NCBI GenBank assembly: GCA_963741945.1
Contig: CAVUKA010000008.1
Coordinates: 96,001-160,000, forward strand
DNA from: an uncultured Gemmatimonadales bacterium
Lineage (GTDB): Bacteria; Gemmatimonadota; Gemmatimonadetes; Longimicrobiales; RSA9
Direction: 5' to 3'
DNA: 64,000 bases
The notes under the pieces were generated by a model, which saw nothing but the letters and a program-made list of their open reading frames with translations, made no database searches and was not told the origin of the DNA. Below, piece by piece: positions 43,372 to 54,902 of the stretch. The position numbers and the translations under genes were made by a program. How positions within the stretch are numbered: the first letter of the stretch is position 1; each line of letters begins with the position of its first letter.

Positions 43372-44269
43372 GGCCGACTTCGAGACGGACCGCACGCACG
43401 AGCTCGACGGCTGCGTCGGCGTAGTGTGCGGAGCGAGGAATGCCGAACGCCAGCGACGAGGAGTCGCCCGCGGCCAGCAGACCACCGGCGGGAGCGGTGC
43501 CGAGAGGGGTCCGGAAGAGCTGAGTGGTCGCCTGGACCCGTGCCGCCGCGCGGTCGCTCAGCGGAACCATCGCTCCCACGGCTGCCTGCACCGCAGCGCG
43601 CATGCGGGACTGCACGAGGTCGCCGGCGCCCGGGAAAACGGTGCCTGGCCCCGCGTCGATCCCCCAGTTCAGCGCTGCGGCGCCGAGCTCCACGTACGGG
43701 CGGAGGCGGCCGGCCGATGGGATCCGATACTGGAGCGCTGCCTCCCAGGTCGTGATCCGCACCGCCCGCTCCCCGGCCACGGGGAGGCGCGCCGCGCGGT
43801 TCGCGCTGGCGGTGTCGTCAGCGGCGAACTCCGCCTTCAACGACCCGGTCGCCATGGTGACCCCCACTCGCACGCCCCACCGTGGCGTGGTATTGAAGAT
43901 CGCCGAGATACCGATCGCGCGGCCGGCCTCCACGCCGATGCTGCGGCGCACCGTGGTGCTGACAGGCTCACCACCCGCGCTCCAGCTGGCGAGGTCGGCG
44001 GCCTGGGTCTGAAGGTCCGTGAAGCGCGCCAGTCCGCCGGACAGCGCGAAGAGGAGGCGAGGAACGGGTCGAGGAGGACGGACGGCGGCGGCGATCGTGT
44101 CCGTCCCCAGGCTGTCCGCGGGAGCACCGGAGGGCAGCGTATCCCCGGCCGCATCGGTGGGGGACGCCGGAGGGGCCGCAGTGTCCGCCGGCTCCTGCGC
44201 ACCTGCCGCGCCGGGCACGAGTGCCGCGGTCAGCGCGACGCTCAGGCCGAGGAGCCGCCACGCAGTCAC
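43289..44269 (-). CDS. Probable outer-membrane beta-barrel protein
   Basis: Signal peptide, Pro/Ala/Asp linker, beta strands such as LRPYVELGAA and RLEVGLTYG. Confidence 0.6.
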   Translation of the reverse strand: MTAWRLLGLSVALTAALVPGAAGAQEPADTAAPPASPTDAAGDTLPSGAPADSLGTDTIAAAVRPPRPVPRLLFALSGGLARFTDLQTQAADLASWSAGGEPVSTTVRRSIGVEAGRAIGISAIFNTTPRWGVRVGVTMATGSLKAEFAADDTASANRAARLPVAGERAVRITTWEAALQYRIPSAGRLRPYVELGAAALNWGIDAGPGTVFPGAGDLVQSRMRAAVQAAVGAMVPLSDRAAARVQATTQLFRTPLGTAPAGGLLAAGDSSSLAFGIPRSAHYADAAVELVRAVRLEVGLTYGLGRVPTAPPPESAPAATSSPTPR

Positions 44270-44273
44270 GGGC

Positions 44274-45137
44274 TCAGCGTGGGGCGGCCGGCCGGGCGCC
44301 CCCGCGGGAGCCGGCGCGGCTCGCGGTTGGCGCGGTCACGGGCGCGTTGGCCGTGCGCTGCCAGATCACGGCGGCGCCGATGAGCAGTATGACGCTTGCC
44401 AGCTGCGAAGTCGTGAGGCCGAGGAGCACGTGGTCCGTCTTGGCGCGGACGAACTCGATGGCGAAGCGCTCGATCCCGTACAGCGCCATGTAGACGGCGA
44501 ACAGACGCCCGTCGCGCAGCTTCCCCGAGAGCCGCCACAGGATGGTGAAGATGATGAGTGCCAGTCCGATCTCGTACAGCTGGGTCGGGTGCACCGCGAG
44601 CACCGCGGAGTCGGGTATGTTGGCAGGGATCTCGGTCCCTATGGAGCGGAAGTAGCCGGCCGTGCTCGGCGGATACCCCTTGGGAAACGCGATTCCGACC
44701 CAGGAATCCGTGGGCCGACCGTAATCGTCCCCCACCAGGAAGCACCCCATCCGACCCACCGCGTATGCGATCGCCAGCGCCGGTGCCGTGGCGTCGAACG
44801 TGCGCGCCAGGGGGAGCTTCCGCTTGCGGGCCTGCCAGTAGAACGCCACCACGCCACCGATGAAGCCCCCGTACCAGACCAGCCCGCCGCGGTTCGTCAG
44901 CTCCTGGAGCGGGTTCGCCATCAGGTCATCGACGTGGAGCGCGATGTAGTACAGCTTCGCTCCGAGAATGCCGCCGACCGCGATCCACAGGAGCATGTCC
45001 CAGGCGAGCTCGGGGTCCACGTCGCGCTTCTCGAACTGGCGCGCCAGGACCCAGGCGCCCACGACGAACGAGAGGAACATCATGAGGCCGAACGAGGTCA
45101 CCGTGAAGTGACCGATCGTGAAGAGATGGGGATACAT
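44274..45137 (-). CDS. lgt: Prolipoprotein diacylglyceryl transferase
   Basis: GGLVWYGG, GRMGCF, YGRPT, HPTQLYE, RFAIEFVR motifs. Confidence 0.92.
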   Translation of the reverse strand: MYPHLFTIGHFTVTSFGLMMFLSFVVGAWVLARQFEKRDVDPELAWDMLLWIAVGGILGAKLYYIALHVDDLMANPLQELTNRGGLVWYGGFIGGVVAFYWQARKRKLPLARTFDATAPALAIAYAVGRMGCFLVGDDYGRPTDSWVGIAFPKGYPPSTAGYFRSIGTEIPANIPDSAVLAVHPTQLYEIGLALIIFTILWRLSGKLRDGRLFAVYMALYGIERFAIEFVRAKTDHVLLGLTTSQLASVILLIGAAVIWQRTANAPVTAPTASRAGSRGGARPAAPR

Positions 45138-45307
45138 CCGATGCTCCGCTGGAGTCTCGCGCGCGTTGTCGTTACGGCCCTTCTACCGTCGGCGGACGCA
45201 CAGGGTCCGCCCCCTCGACAGCGGCGAAAGGTAGTCCAGGTCCCGCGTGGACGCGAGGCCCGACCTGCGGGAACGGGGCAGGAACAGCGTCGCGGGAACG
45301 GGCCCGG

Positions 45308-45748
45308 TCAGCTCTGCCCTGCGCCCGTATCCGCCGGCGCCGCGGCGGTCCAGCGCCGCACCGAGAACACGATCACCCCTGCGCCTGCCACGAGAGCGAG
45401 GGCGGGCAGGAGATAGACGAGGAGGTTGAAGCCGGCGGCCCGGGGCTCGAGGAGCACCCACTCCCCGTACTTGCTGACGAAGTAGCCGCGGATCTCGGCT
45501 TCGGACTTACCGGCCGCGAGCTGTGTCCGGATCACGTCCTTCATTTCCTGGGCGAGAGGCGACGGCGAGTCCTGGATGGAGAGCCCCTGGCACACCGGAC
45601 AGCGCAGCTCGGAGGAGATCCGGCTGGCCTCCGCCTCCATGGCCTGGTCCTCCAGCGGCCCCTTACGGGACAGCCCTTCTCGCTGTGCGGTCAGCTGCGC
45701 CGCAGCGATCGCCATCACCACCATGGTTCCTGCGATAAGCCGCATCAC
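45308..45748 (-). CDS. ccmH: Cytochrome c biogenesis protein CcmH
   Basis: LRCPVCQG, YGEWVLLEP motifs. Confidence 0.92.
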   Translation of the reverse strand: MMRLIAGTMVVMAIAAAQLTAQREGLSRKGPLEDQAMEAEASRISSELRCPVCQGLSIQDSPSPLAQEMKDVIRTQLAAGKSEAEIRGYFVSKYGEWVLLEPRAAGFNLLVYLLPALALVAGAGVIVFSVRRWTAAAPADTGAGQS

Positions 45749-46334
45749 TTTCCTGCCTCCTCCGGCTGCTCGCCGCCCGGACGGGGCTCCGCGAGCAGCG
45801 CCTCGATCTCGGACATGAGCTGATCGTCGTATACGGCGCTGAAGACCTTCTTCCGCACGCGCCCGTCGCGGCCGATGAAGAACGTCTCCGGAACGCCCAC
45901 GAGGCCGTAGTCGATGGCCACGCGCTGCCCCTCATCCGCCAGCGCAGGGTACACCATCCCGCCCAGCTGCCGAACATAGCTCCGGATCGCTGGGGCGCTG
46001 TCGTTGTACACCACGCCGAAGAAATGGACGCCCCGGTCCGCGTACGCGCTCGCCACGCGGTTCAGGCTGCGGTGCTCGATCCGGCACGGGACGCACCAGG
46101 ACGCGAAGAAGTTCAGTACGACCACGTCGCCCTGGAGCTCGGTCAGCCGGATGGTGTCGCCCGTCGTGGCCGGCCCGGTGCTGCTCAGGTTCATGATCGG
46201 CAGCGAGAAGTCCGGGGCGGGCTGGTCCACCAGAGGTGATGGGATGAGCCGGGGATCCCCGCGGCGCAGTCCGAACGTGAACAGCATGATCAGTGGGATG
46301 GCCACCACCATGGCGATCCCCGCGCGCTTCCAGC

Positions 46335-46338
<4 letters not shown>
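45745..46338 (-). CDS. ccmG: Thiol:disulfide oxidoreductase CcmG/DsbE
   Basis: NFFASWCVPC, YGLVGVPETF motifs; N-terminal TM. Confidence 0.9.
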
Positions 46339-48341
<2,003 letters not shown>

Positions 48342-48345
48342 GCCT

Positions 48346-48786
48346 CTATCCGTCCTCTCTGATCAGCGTCTTGTATGCGTCGACCGGCTTATGGCCGGCC
48401 GGCGGCGCCTTGTATTCGTTCGAGTGCTGCACCATGAGGTTCGTCGACTCGAAGATGCCCGCCTCGTGGTACGTCCCCTCGACCACCACCCCCATGGTGT
48501 CCTTGAACATGGCCGGCGGTGCCCCCTTCGAGTGGACCGCGAGGGTATCCTTGCCATCTGTAACGCGGAAACGGAGATCCAGCGCGTCTGCGTTCCACTG
48601 GATGGAGCCGGGAACCACCTGCCCTCCCAGCCGCACCGGTATGTCGTAGGCCGCGTTCCCCTTCGCCATGAGCTCCGACGGCGTGAGGAAGTAGACCAGG
48701 TTGCTCCCGAGCCCGCCCCAGACGAGATACCCGAAGCCCGCCAGCACCAGAACGGCGCCCGCGATGCCGATCAGCTTCCGATTCAC
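48346..48786 (-). CDS. ccmE: Heme chaperone CcmE
   Basis: YFLTPSE, VRLGG, VVVEG and HSNEY (HxxxY heme-binding) motifs. Confidence 0.93.
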   Translation of the reverse strand: MNRKLIGIAGAVLVLAGFGYLVWGGLGSNLVYFLTPSELMAKGNAAYDIPVRLGGQVVPGSIQWNADALDLRFRVTDGKDTLAVHSKGAPPAMFKDTMGVVVEGTYHEAGIFESTNLMVQHSNEYKAPPAGHKPVDAYKTLIREDG

Positions 48787-48926
48787 TCCTCACCTCCCAG
48801 GTCGAGCAGGGCCCGGCGGGCCCGGCGCGTGAGGGCCATCAGCCGAACCGAGTAGCCGATCAGGACCACCCAGGCCACGGCGTAGGCTCCGATGACATAC
48901 GACCAGACGTTCCCCGCATCAGACAT
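48783..48926 (-). CDS. ccmD: Heme exporter protein CcmD (47 aa, not in ORF track)
   Basis: Hand translation MSDAGNVWSYVIGAYAVAWVVLIGYSVRLMALTRRARRALLDLGGEE: YV.GAY, one TM, basic tail. Overlaps the ccmC stop and ccmE start. Confidence 0.85.
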   Translation of the reverse strand: MSDAGNVWSYVIGAYAVAWVVLIGYSVRLMALTRRARRALLDLGGEE

Positions 48927-49638
48927 GGATCTCTCCCCCCTCCAGAACGGCTTCCTCCTCCAGCGCCTCGGCCTCCCGCTCGAGCCTGGCCGCCTGGAAG
49001 CGCCACGCCACGAAGACGACCATCAGCAGCATGAACCCGATGGCGTTGATGAGCAGCCCCCACTTGAACGACGGATCCATGGTGGTGCGCGACGACTGCA
49101 CCTGGTGCAGCGTGCGCCACCAGCGCACCGACATGTACACGATCGGCACGTTCAGCGCGCCGAAGATCCCCACGCCCGCGCTCCATGTGGCCCGCCGCTC
49201 CGGGTCTTCGGTGAAGGAGCGCAGGGCGAGATAGCCGACGAAAATGATGAACAGCACGGCCGTCGAGGTCAGCCGGGCATCCCACGTCCACCACGCCCCC
49301 CAGGCCCAGCGGCCCCAGATCGAGCCGAGGACGAGGGTCAGCCCCAGAAACAGCGTGCCGACCTCGGCCGCCGAGGCCGCCAGCAGGTCCGCCCGCTCCG
49401 TCCGCTTCCACAGGTAGACCACGCTCGACCCGAACACGATGAAGATCGCCAGGAACGCATTCCACGCGGCCGGCACATGGATGTACATGATCTTCTGCGA
49501 CGCCTGGTAGTCTTCCGCCACCGGAGCGACGAAGAACCCGTAGTACTGTCCCGCCAGGACGGCCGCCAGCGCCGCGAGGCTGAGCACCACAAGCCACATC
49601 GGCGAACGTTCTCCCCTCCGTGCTCTCACCATTGCCAT
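48919..49638 (-). CDS. ccmC: Heme exporter CcmC
   Basis: YIHVP, WGRWAWGAWWTWDARLT (WWD), WWRTLHQ motifs. Confidence 0.95.
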   Translation of the reverse strand: MAMVRARRGERSPMWLVVLSLAALAAVLAGQYYGFFVAPVAEDYQASQKIMYIHVPAAWNAFLAIFIVFGSSVVYLWKRTERADLLAASAAEVGTLFLGLTLVLGSIWGRWAWGAWWTWDARLTSTAVLFIIFVGYLALRSFTEDPERRATWSAGVGIFGALNVPIVYMSVRWWRTLHQVQSSRTTMDPSFKWGLLINAIGFMLLMVVFVAWRFQAARLEREAEALEEEAVLEGGEIHV

Positions 49639-49639
49639 C

Positions 49640-50326
49640 TCATTCCTCGATTACGGCTCCGAACGCGATAATGGACGCGCCCACGAAAATGGTGTCGAAT
49701 GCGAGCAGCAGCCGCAGCCAGCGCCCACTCTCGCCCATGAGGTCGCCCTGGAGCAGCGCCGAGGTGGCTTCCACGGCCGCCACCAGGACGGGCACCAGCA
49801 TCGGGAACAGCAGCAGCGGGAGCAGCACTTCCCGAGCGCGGCTCCGACTGGCCATGGACCCGTAGAACGTCCCCAGCGTCACGAACCCCACCGTCCCGAG
49901 GAAGATCACCAGCAGAACCATGGCCGAACCGCTCGCCAGCCTGATGTCGTACAGCACCAGCGCGATGGGGATCAACACCGCTTCCACCAGCAGCACGAAG
50001 GTCAGGTTCGCGATCACCTTCCCCAGAAAGATCGAGCTCCGGGCCCCCGGATACAGCAGCAGCGTTTCCAGCGCCCCGCCATCCAGCTCCACCTGGTAGG
50101 ACCGGTGGAACGCCAGATTGCCGCTGAAGAGAACGGTCAGCCACACGATCCCCGCCGCCGACGCCCGCAGCGCCGCCGTGTCGGGACCGAGCGCAAAGCC
50201 GAACATGAGCAGCATCAGCGTGGCCAGGAACAGCACGGCGTTGAAGTTCGCCTTCGACCGCCGCTCCGTGGTCAGGTCCTTCCACGCCACTGCCCCCACC
50301 CGGGTCAGCTCGCCCCGGAAGCTCAT
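49640..50326 (-). CDS. ccmB: Heme exporter CcmB
   Basis: KDL..E.R start, 6 TM helices, LLPLLLFP motif; ccm context. Confidence 0.9.
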   Translation of the reverse strand: MSFRGELTRVGAVAWKDLTTERRSKANFNAVLFLATLMLLMFGFALGPDTAALRASAAGIVWLTVLFSGNLAFHRSYQVELDGGALETLLLYPGARSSIFLGKVIANLTFVLLVEAVLIPIALVLYDIRLASGSAMVLLVIFLGTVGFVTLGTFYGSMASRSRAREVLLPLLLFPMLVPVLVAAVEATSALLQGDLMGESGRWLRLLLAFDTIFVGASIIAFGAVIEE

Positions 50327-51015
50327 CGCGCCACCTCCGCCCTCAGCTGGGGCTGCTTCATCGGCGCTCCGTTCCCGTTCACGATCCGGCCCCGCGCGAG
50401 CTCGATCACCCGATCCACCACCGCCGCCGACCGCTCCGGGTCGTGCGTCGCCACCAGCGCGATGCCACCCCGCCCCACGGCTTCCCGGATGATCTCGTTC
50501 ACAAGCTCGATCCCATCGGCATCGAAGCTCGCGTACGGCTCGTCCAGCAGGAGCAGCCGCGGTGGACGCATCAACAGCCGCGCCAGCGCAAGACGACGCG
50601 TCATCCCCGAGGAGAACCCCTGCGCCCGCTCCTCCCGCGCCGCGGTGAGGCCCACCCGCTCCAGCGCCTCATCCACCGACACCGCCGTAGCACCCCCCCA
50701 CATCCGACGCGCGAACTCGAGATTCTCCACCGCCGTCAGGTCCCCGTATACGCCGGGCGCGTGAAACAGCGCACCCACCTCATTCCGGATCTGGTCCGCC
50801 TCCTTCACCAGCTCGTGCCCGAACACCCGCCCGCCACCCCGCGTCGGCCGCAGCGTTGTGCCCACGATCCGCAACAGGGTGGTCTTCCCGCTGCCGTTGT
50901 GCCCCATCAGCGCAACAGCCTCGCCAGGAGCGGCCGCGAAACTCGCCCCCGCAAGCGCCCACCGGCGCCCGAAGCGCTTCGCGATCCCTTCGACGATCAC
51001 TCCATCCCTGTTCAC
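50323..51015 (-). CDS. ccmA: Heme ABC exporter ATPase CcmA
   Basis: GHNGSGKTT, LTAVENL, FSSGMTRR, LLLDEP motifs; first gene of the ccm operon. Confidence 0.92.
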   Translation of the reverse strand: MNRDGVIVEGIAKRFGRRWALAGASFAAAPGEAVALMGHNGSGKTTLLRIVGTTLRPTRGGGRVFGHELVKEADQIRNEVGALFHAPGVYGDLTAVENLEFARRMWGGATAVSVDEALERVGLTAAREERAQGFSSGMTRRLALARLLMRPPRLLLLDEPYASFDADGIELVNEIIREAVGRGGIALVATHDPERSAAVVDRVIELARGRIVNGNGAPMKQPQLRAEVAR

Positions 51016-51056
51016 AGCGGCTCCTCCTCGCAGCCCCCATGGTTCCGTTGGGCCAG

Positions 51057-51085
51057 AACATAGCGGCGCCCCATGACCCGTTCAA
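51057..51085 (-). promoter_or_regulatory. Putative sigma70 promoter of the ccm operon
   Basis: Minus strand TTGAAC-N17-TATGTT; GAGGAGGAG RBS before the ccmA GTG. Confidence 0.55.
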
Positions 51086-51262
51086 TCCCGGAAAACCCCG
51101 CTTCCGCGCGGGGGAAACGCCCCGTTCCGGGGTGCGGGCAGCCCCGCGAATCGATGTCGGGCAATGCCCTACGTGCACGCGCGTGTTCCGTGTAGAGAAG
51201 AATCCTATTCCCCCACCTGGATCCCTTCGCCGGACGACGGAGCGCGCGAAACCACGCGGCCG

Positions 51263-52372
51263 TCAGAACAGGACCCGGACACCGAGACTGCCGAAGAAGC
51301 GGCCATCGCGGAGGGGGTCCGTGGTCAGCATCTGCCTGGGCAGGCCGACATTGGCGAGGTCGTCGGGTGTTACGCCGTCCATGGCTCTCTGATACCCGAG
51401 CTCGCCCACCACGTTCAGGAGGGGGAAGTTGATGGCGATGTCGCCGTAGGCGTTCCAGGCGCCGGTCCGGAGCCGTCCGGCGATTCCGGGGTCGGGACGA
51501 AGGATGGTGGTGCCCGAGTCGCCGCACTGGTCGGGTGGGCACTGGAGGGCGAAATCGAAGCGGACATCACTGCTGTAGCGGTCGTAGCCGCCGCCCGCAG
51601 TGAGGTCGATCATACCGATCCCCTTGGTAATGGCGGCGCGGAAGCTGGCCGTGCGCAGGTCGGTGTCGAACCGGGCGACATCGCCGCTGCGGGGATCGGA
51701 GGCATTCAGGCTCCCGAGCGTCACCGAGCCCATGCTGCGGAACATCCCGGAGACGGATATACCGGGGAGGATGAGGCCCTGCTGGAGGATCCCGATGCGC
51801 GCGCCGGCGCCCCAGCTGAAGAGGCTCCCCGTGAGCCCGAAGCGGTCGACGGCGGGGGCGAATGACGCACTGCCCAGCAGGTCGACGGCGCCCAGACCGG
51901 CGATGGCGGGCCCCGCGGAGAAGCCGTTGAAAACGCCCACGGCGAAACTGCCCTCGATTGAGGCGAGGGGGACGGTGATGGTCCCCATGGGGGTGAGTCG
52001 CCCGTCCTCGAACGCGGGAGTGAAGCCATCGTAGAGGTTCGGCAGGTCGGCCAGCGCGGCGTTCACGCGGGCGGCCACGCTCACGCGTGGGACGCCGAAC
52101 CGGAGACCGATGGTGGTGGCGGTGCCGGGAGTGTGCGCGCCTCCGGAGAGGGCGATGCCGATGGTTGGCTGCGCGGCCGTGATGGCCGCGACCACCTGCC
52201 CGCAGAGGAAGCGGAACTGCTGGTCAACGGCTCTCCTCTGCGAAGGAGAGCCGGGCGGTGCGGGCGCGTACGCGATCTCCATGGTTCCGCACGCGGAGAG
52301 GAGGTCGCCCTGCGCCGCCAGCGGCGAGGCGAGGAGAACGGAACCGAGGACGAGTGAGGCGGCGCGTCTCAT
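51263..52372 (-). CDS. Probable outer-membrane beta-barrel protein
   Basis: Signal peptide (LAA-Q), Gly-rich amphipathic strands, C-terminal FGSLGVRVLF beta-signal. Confidence 0.7.
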   Translation of the reverse strand: MRRAASLVLGSVLLASPLAAQGDLLSACGTMEIAYAPAPPGSPSQRRAVDQQFRFLCGQVVAAITAAQPTIGIALSGGAHTPGTATTIGLRFGVPRVSVAARVNAALADLPNLYDGFTPAFEDGRLTPMGTITVPLASIEGSFAVGVFNGFSAGPAIAGLGAVDLLGSASFAPAVDRFGLTGSLFSWGAGARIGILQQGLILPGISVSGMFRSMGSVTLGSLNASDPRSGDVARFDTDLRTASFRAAITKGIGMIDLTAGGGYDRYSSDVRFDFALQCPPDQCGDSGTTILRPDPGIAGRLRTGAWNAYGDIAINFPLLNVVGELGYQRAMDGVTPDDLANVGLPRQMLTTDPLRDGRFFGSLGVRVLF

Positions 52373-52474
52373 GGGATCACCGGGTCCGTTCCGTGTGCGA
52401 ATTCCGTTCCCGTGGAGCCGCGGTGCCGACCGCGGGCGGAGCGAGGCGAGCGGCCGCGGCAGGAACCCGTCGGC

Positions 52475-53077
52475 TCAGCCGCCCTGGTCCTGGCCGCCGA
52501 ACTGCACCCTGGGCGCCGTCTGGGCGCCTTCGGGAGCCTGGAAGGGCGTGCGGCGGTCGGCGCCAATGACCCTGGCCGTGATGACCTGCGGGAACTGGCG
52601 GATGTAGCTGTTGTAATTCTGCACGGCCTCGTTGTAGTCGCGCCGGGCCACATTGATCCGGTTCTCGGTCTCCGTGAGCTCGTCCTGGAGGGCGACGAAG
52701 CTGCGATTGGCCGTGAGCTGCGGATACGCTTCCACGGCGACGTTCAGGAACAGGCGCAGGTTCTCGCCCACGGCGGAGCTGGCCCGCGCCAGGTCATCGG
52801 GCTGGGCGTTGCCCTGGACGGCCTGAGCGAGCTGCTCGCGGGCCTGTGTGAGGCCGGACCGGGCCTCGGCCACACGTGTGAACGTTTGCTGCTCGAACGT
52901 GGCCGCCTGGTCGACCGTGGTGACCAGGTTCGGGATCAGGTCGTTGCGCCGCATCAGCTCTGCTTCGATGTCGGCGCGGCGAGCGGTCACGTTCTCGTCC
53001 AGCGTCTGGATCCGGTTGTAGCCACAGCCGGAAAGCGTGGCGGCGAGCATCAGCACTCCGGCCAGCGAACGCTTCAT
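52475..53077 (-). CDS. lemA: LemA family protein
   Basis: SGCGYN, RRNDLIPNLV, EAYPQL, LTETENRINVARRDYN, FP motifs. Confidence 0.93.
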   Translation of the reverse strand: MKRSLAGVLMLAATLSGCGYNRIQTLDENVTARRADIEAELMRRNDLIPNLVTTVDQAATFEQQTFTRVAEARSGLTQAREQLAQAVQGNAQPDDLARASSAVGENLRLFLNVAVEAYPQLTANRSFVALQDELTETENRINVARRDYNEAVQNYNSYIRQFPQVITARVIGADRRTPFQAPEGAQTAPRVQFGGQDQGG

Positions 53078-53802
53078 GGGGTGTCTCCATCGAGGGTGTC
53101 CACGTATTCGGCCGTGCGCTCGAGGATCCCGTGCACCGCCAGAACGTGGGGGTCGGCCACCGACATTTCGGGAATGGAACGATCGAGGCGCAGCTTCCAC
53201 AGCTCCAGCAGCGGCTCCGGTTCTGCGCCGACCAGACTGGCGCCGCGCTCCAGCGTATCGCTGCTCGCGGCCGGGACTGCTTCGCCGGACAGGCGGAGCG
53301 CAGCGCGCAGATAGGCCGTGACGGACGGCATCGCGGTGAGCAGCAGCCGACCGAGTGTTCGGGGGTCGCGGGCGCCCAGGAGGGTGCCGTGCCGGAGGTG
53401 GATCAGCTTGCCCCGCAGCTCCCGCTCGGCCTGGAGGCGGAGATCGCCGCGCTCCACGGTGGCGCCGGCGATCGGGTCGTCGCCCTGGAGGACGTCGCGG
53501 ACCTCCAGCATGTCGGCGGTCTCGATGGCGAAGACATCGCTGGCGGCGCTCCATTCGTCCCACGTGAGGACGAGCGGCAGCGAGCGTCGGGTGTCCAGCC
53601 AGTCGCGGGCCGCGGGAGCGAGCTGCTCGAAGAGCGTCGCGTCGACGGCGTCGACGAGGACGAGGAGGTTGACGTCGCTCGCGCCTTCCACCGCTTCGCC
53701 GCGGGCCACGGACCCGTGGAGGACCACGCTGCGAAGCCGATCGCCCAGGAGCCCCGTCAACCGGACCGCGTAGTCGTGTGCCGCTTCTCTCAGGTCGCTC
53801 AT
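53074..53802 (-). CDS. Nucleotidyltransferase-domain protein (Pol-beta superfamily) with helical C-terminal domain
   Basis: SVVLHGSVARGE...SDVNLLVLV, VLQGDDP motifs; ATG 53802. Confidence 0.82.
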   Translation of the reverse strand: MSDLREAAHDYAVRLTGLLGDRLRSVVLHGSVARGEAVEGASDVNLLVLVDAVDATLFEQLAPAARDWLDTRRSLPLVLTWDEWSAASDVFAIETADMLEVRDVLQGDDPIAGATVERGDLRLQAERELRGKLIHLRHGTLLGARDPRTLGRLLLTAMPSVTAYLRAALRLSGEAVPAASSDTLERGASLVGAEPEPLLELWKLRLDRSIPEMSVADPHVLAVHGILERTAEYVDTLDGDTP

Positions 53803-53803
53803 G

Positions 53804-54577
53804 TCACCACCCCCTGCCTGCGCCGCCGCCGCCGAAGCCCCCTCCACCGCCGAACCCACCGAACCCACCGCCGCCGAAGCCACCGAAGCCGCCGCGATGG
53901 CCGAAGCCGCCCATGGGGAACGGGAGGAAGAGCGGAAGGCCCCGCCTCCGCCGCCCGCCGCGGGCGAAGAAGCTGAACAGGACGAATGCGAGGATGACCC
54001 AGATCAGCCAGGAGTTGCCGGAATCCCGATGGGGCTCCTGCGGGAGTTCGTAGTTGCCGTTGAGCTGGAAGCCGAAATGGTCCGCGTACCGCAGGGCAAG
54101 CGCGCCCACGGCCGCGTAGATACCCGGGCCGTAGTCGCCCGCCCGGAATGCCGGCACCATGTAGTCGTCCGCGATGCGCCCGGCGTCCGCCGCGGTGATG
54201 AACGTGTTCGTGGTGGTGCCCAGCTCGATCTTCAGCCGGCGCTCCGTGGGTGCGACCAGAACCACGGTTCCGGTGTTCCGGAATCGATCGCCCGCCTCCC
54301 CCTTGGGGCCGATCTTCCACTCGCGCCCGATCTGCAGCGCAACCTCATCGGCTGTCCGTCCCTCGAGCGACGGCAGCGTCACCACCACGATCTCCCCCCC
54401 GCTCTTCGCCCGCACCTCATCGATGATCGCCTCCATCTTCTGCTCGTATTCCACGGGGATCACGTCGGCGAAGTCATTGACGTATCCCACGGGCTGGGGC
54501 AGCTGGATCTGGGCGGATGCGTCCGTGCCGCCCAGCAGGGAGAGCAGGACGAAGGCGAGGACCGGCAGTCGGCGCAC
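53804..54577 (-). CDS. TPM-domain (YgcG-like) membrane protein
   Basis: GYVNDFADVI, EIVVVT, WKIG, IELG, FRAGDY, TM helix, GGGFGGGGAG..W tail; GTG 54577. Confidence 0.9.
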   Translation of the reverse strand: MRRLPVLAFVLLSLLGGTDASAQIQLPQPVGYVNDFADVIPVEYEQKMEAIIDEVRAKSGGEIVVVTLPSLEGRTADEVALQIGREWKIGPKGEAGDRFRNTGTVVLVAPTERRLKIELGTTTNTFITAADAGRIADDYMVPAFRAGDYGPGIYAAVGALALRYADHFGFQLNGNYELPQEPHRDSGNSWLIWVILAFVLFSFFARGGRRRRGLPLFLPFPMGGFGHRGGFGGFGGGGFGGFGGGGGFGGGGAGRGW

Positions 54578-54757
54578 GATGATCCTTTGCAGGGTATCGG
54601 AGAAGGGCACGGCAGCGCCGCGGCCCGTAATCACTGGATCCTTGGATGATGGGGCCGGTGCCCCTCGGCCACAACCTCTCCCCCGTCGACGCGTCCCGGC
54701 CCGCGGCCGACCTGGGGCGGTGCCCGGGGCCCCGATGACCCGGGACTCGCGCACGAG

Positions 54758-54791
54758 GAGCGGCCGGCCCCGTGCGCGGGGCCGGCCGCTC
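54758..54791. terminator. Perfect GC hairpin immediately 3' of tRNA-Arg
   Basis: GAGCGGCCGGCCCCG / CGGGGCCGGCCGCTC 15-bp stem, 4-nt loop; no clear U tract. Confidence 0.6.
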
Positions 54792-54792
54792 A

Positions 54793-54866
54793 TGCGCCCG
54801 GCAGGACTCGAACCTGCGGCCCCGAGTTTAGGAAACTCGTGCTCTATCCACCTGAGCTACGGGCGC
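54793..54866 (-). tRNA. tRNA-Arg(CCT)
   Basis: GCGCCCG acceptor stem, AGCTCAGGTGGATAGAGC D-arm, CGAGT-TTCCTAA-ACTCG anticodon arm, GCAGG-TTCGAGT-CCTGC T-arm; CCA not encoded. Confidence 0.97.
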
Positions 54867-54902
54867 TCGAAGCCCTCAATCTAGGGCAAACTCCCTGCCC
54901 CG

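Noticed and set aside
53810-53910. CCGAAGCC-type short repeats as CRISPR or tandem array
   Set aside because: They encode the GGFGG tail of the TPM protein; no spacer structure.
54793-54866. tRNA-Arg as an integration site
   Set aside because: No adjacent integrase and no duplicated 3' end; an 11-bp match near 40786 is inside a gene and consistent with chance.
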